Positions 63,244 through 64,000 of a stretch of 64,000 bases of DNA are shown one piece after another. The DNA is taken from positions 166,222,001-166,286,000 of the forward strand of contig OX597816.1 in the NCBI GenBank assembly GCA_951406725.2, given 5' to 3'. The translations under genes and the position numbers were made by a program. This DNA comes from Octopus vulgaris (Eukaryota). The first letter of the stretch is position 1; the number at the start of each line of letters is the position of its first letter. The notes below the pieces were generated by a model that was given only the letters and a program-made list of their open reading frames with translations, was not told where the DNA came from and ran no database searches.

Positions 63244-63452
63244 TTGTGTGTCTGTGTTTGTCTCCCTAGCATTGCTTGACAACCGATGCTGGTGTGTTTA
63301 CGTCCCCGTCACCTAGCGGTTCGGCAAAAGAGACCGATAGAATAAGTACTGGGCTTACAAAGAATAAGTCCCGGGGTCGATTTGCTCGACTAAAGGCGGT
63401 GCTCCAGCATGGCCGCAGTCAAATGACTGAAACAAATAAAAAAGAGTAAAAG
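63047..63452 (+). mobile_element. CORE-type SINE
   Basis: Full-length member of the 3266-3653 family. Confidence 0.9.
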
Positions 63453-63654
63453 AGTGTTATCATCATTATTTACATCCGTCTTCCATTCTGGCATGGGTGG
63501 GGAACACAAATTAACATGAAATATAGATAGAAGATTTAGAACAGGAAGTTTGCCCCATTTAAGCAGGAGTTGTGGTCTCCGGAGGGTTGGTACCAAAAAT
63601 GTTATAATTCATTGTTTCCAAACAAGAAAGCAAAAATAAATTTTCACCCATCTG

Positions 63655-63947
63655 GGCTGATGCCAGCGCCAGCGCCGCCTTGACTGGCTTCTGTGCCAGT
63701 GGCACGTAAAAAGCACGAACCAATCATGGTCATTGCCCGCCTCCCCTGGCATCTGTGCCGGTGACACATACAAAATACCCACTACACTCACGGAATGGTC
63801 AGCGTTAAGAAGGGCATCCAGCTGTAGAAACACTGCCAGACCAGACTGGAGCCTGGTGCAGCCTCCTGGCTTCCCTGACCCCGGTCAAACCGTCCAACCC
63901 ATGCTAGCATGGAAAACGAATGTTAAATGACGATGATGATGATGATG
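63655..63947 (+). mobile_element. SINE-like element with (GAT)n tail
   Basis: GCGTTAAGAAGGGCATCCAGCTGTAGAAAC ... GCATGGAAAACGAATGTTAAATGACGATGATG. Confidence 0.7.
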
Positions 63948-64000
63948 GTTTGTAACTAAAATACCTAACACCTCCATTGATTATATTCCTAATTTATTAA

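Overview
This is repeat-dense, AT-rich animal genomic DNA. The repeat repertoire (CORE-, Meta- and V-domain tRNA-SINEs; RTE, CR1, L1-Tx1 and Dong/R4 LINEs; abundant microsatellites) strongly suggests an octopus, though that is an inference. The only host protein-coding sequence I can support is the first coding exon of an MFS sugar-porter gene (SLC2A13/HMIT-like, 3673-4135, minus strand); the rest of the gene probably lies left of the window. A solitary, mutated 5S rRNA copy sits at 62913-63032. The most notable mobile-DNA features are: (1) a very young 4.16-kb non-autonomous Gypsy-type LTR element with a Leu-tRNA PBS and a collapsed but still open gag/pol; (2) many minimal hammerhead-ribozyme motifs in short Penelope-type modules, the best at 30518-30624; (3) a non-coding RTE-tailed element with a highly structured, pseudoknotted 5' leader; (4) a decayed twister-like motif at the 5' end of an RTE; (5) a DD36D Tc1/mariner transposase; and (6) multimeric SINE arrays, nested foldback elements, Helitrons and a cluster of Dong/R4 fragments. 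Nearly all ORFs in the supplied track are microsatellite or SINE artefacts. Boundaries of degraded repeats are approximate (about +/-10-30 bp), and everything here was read by eye.
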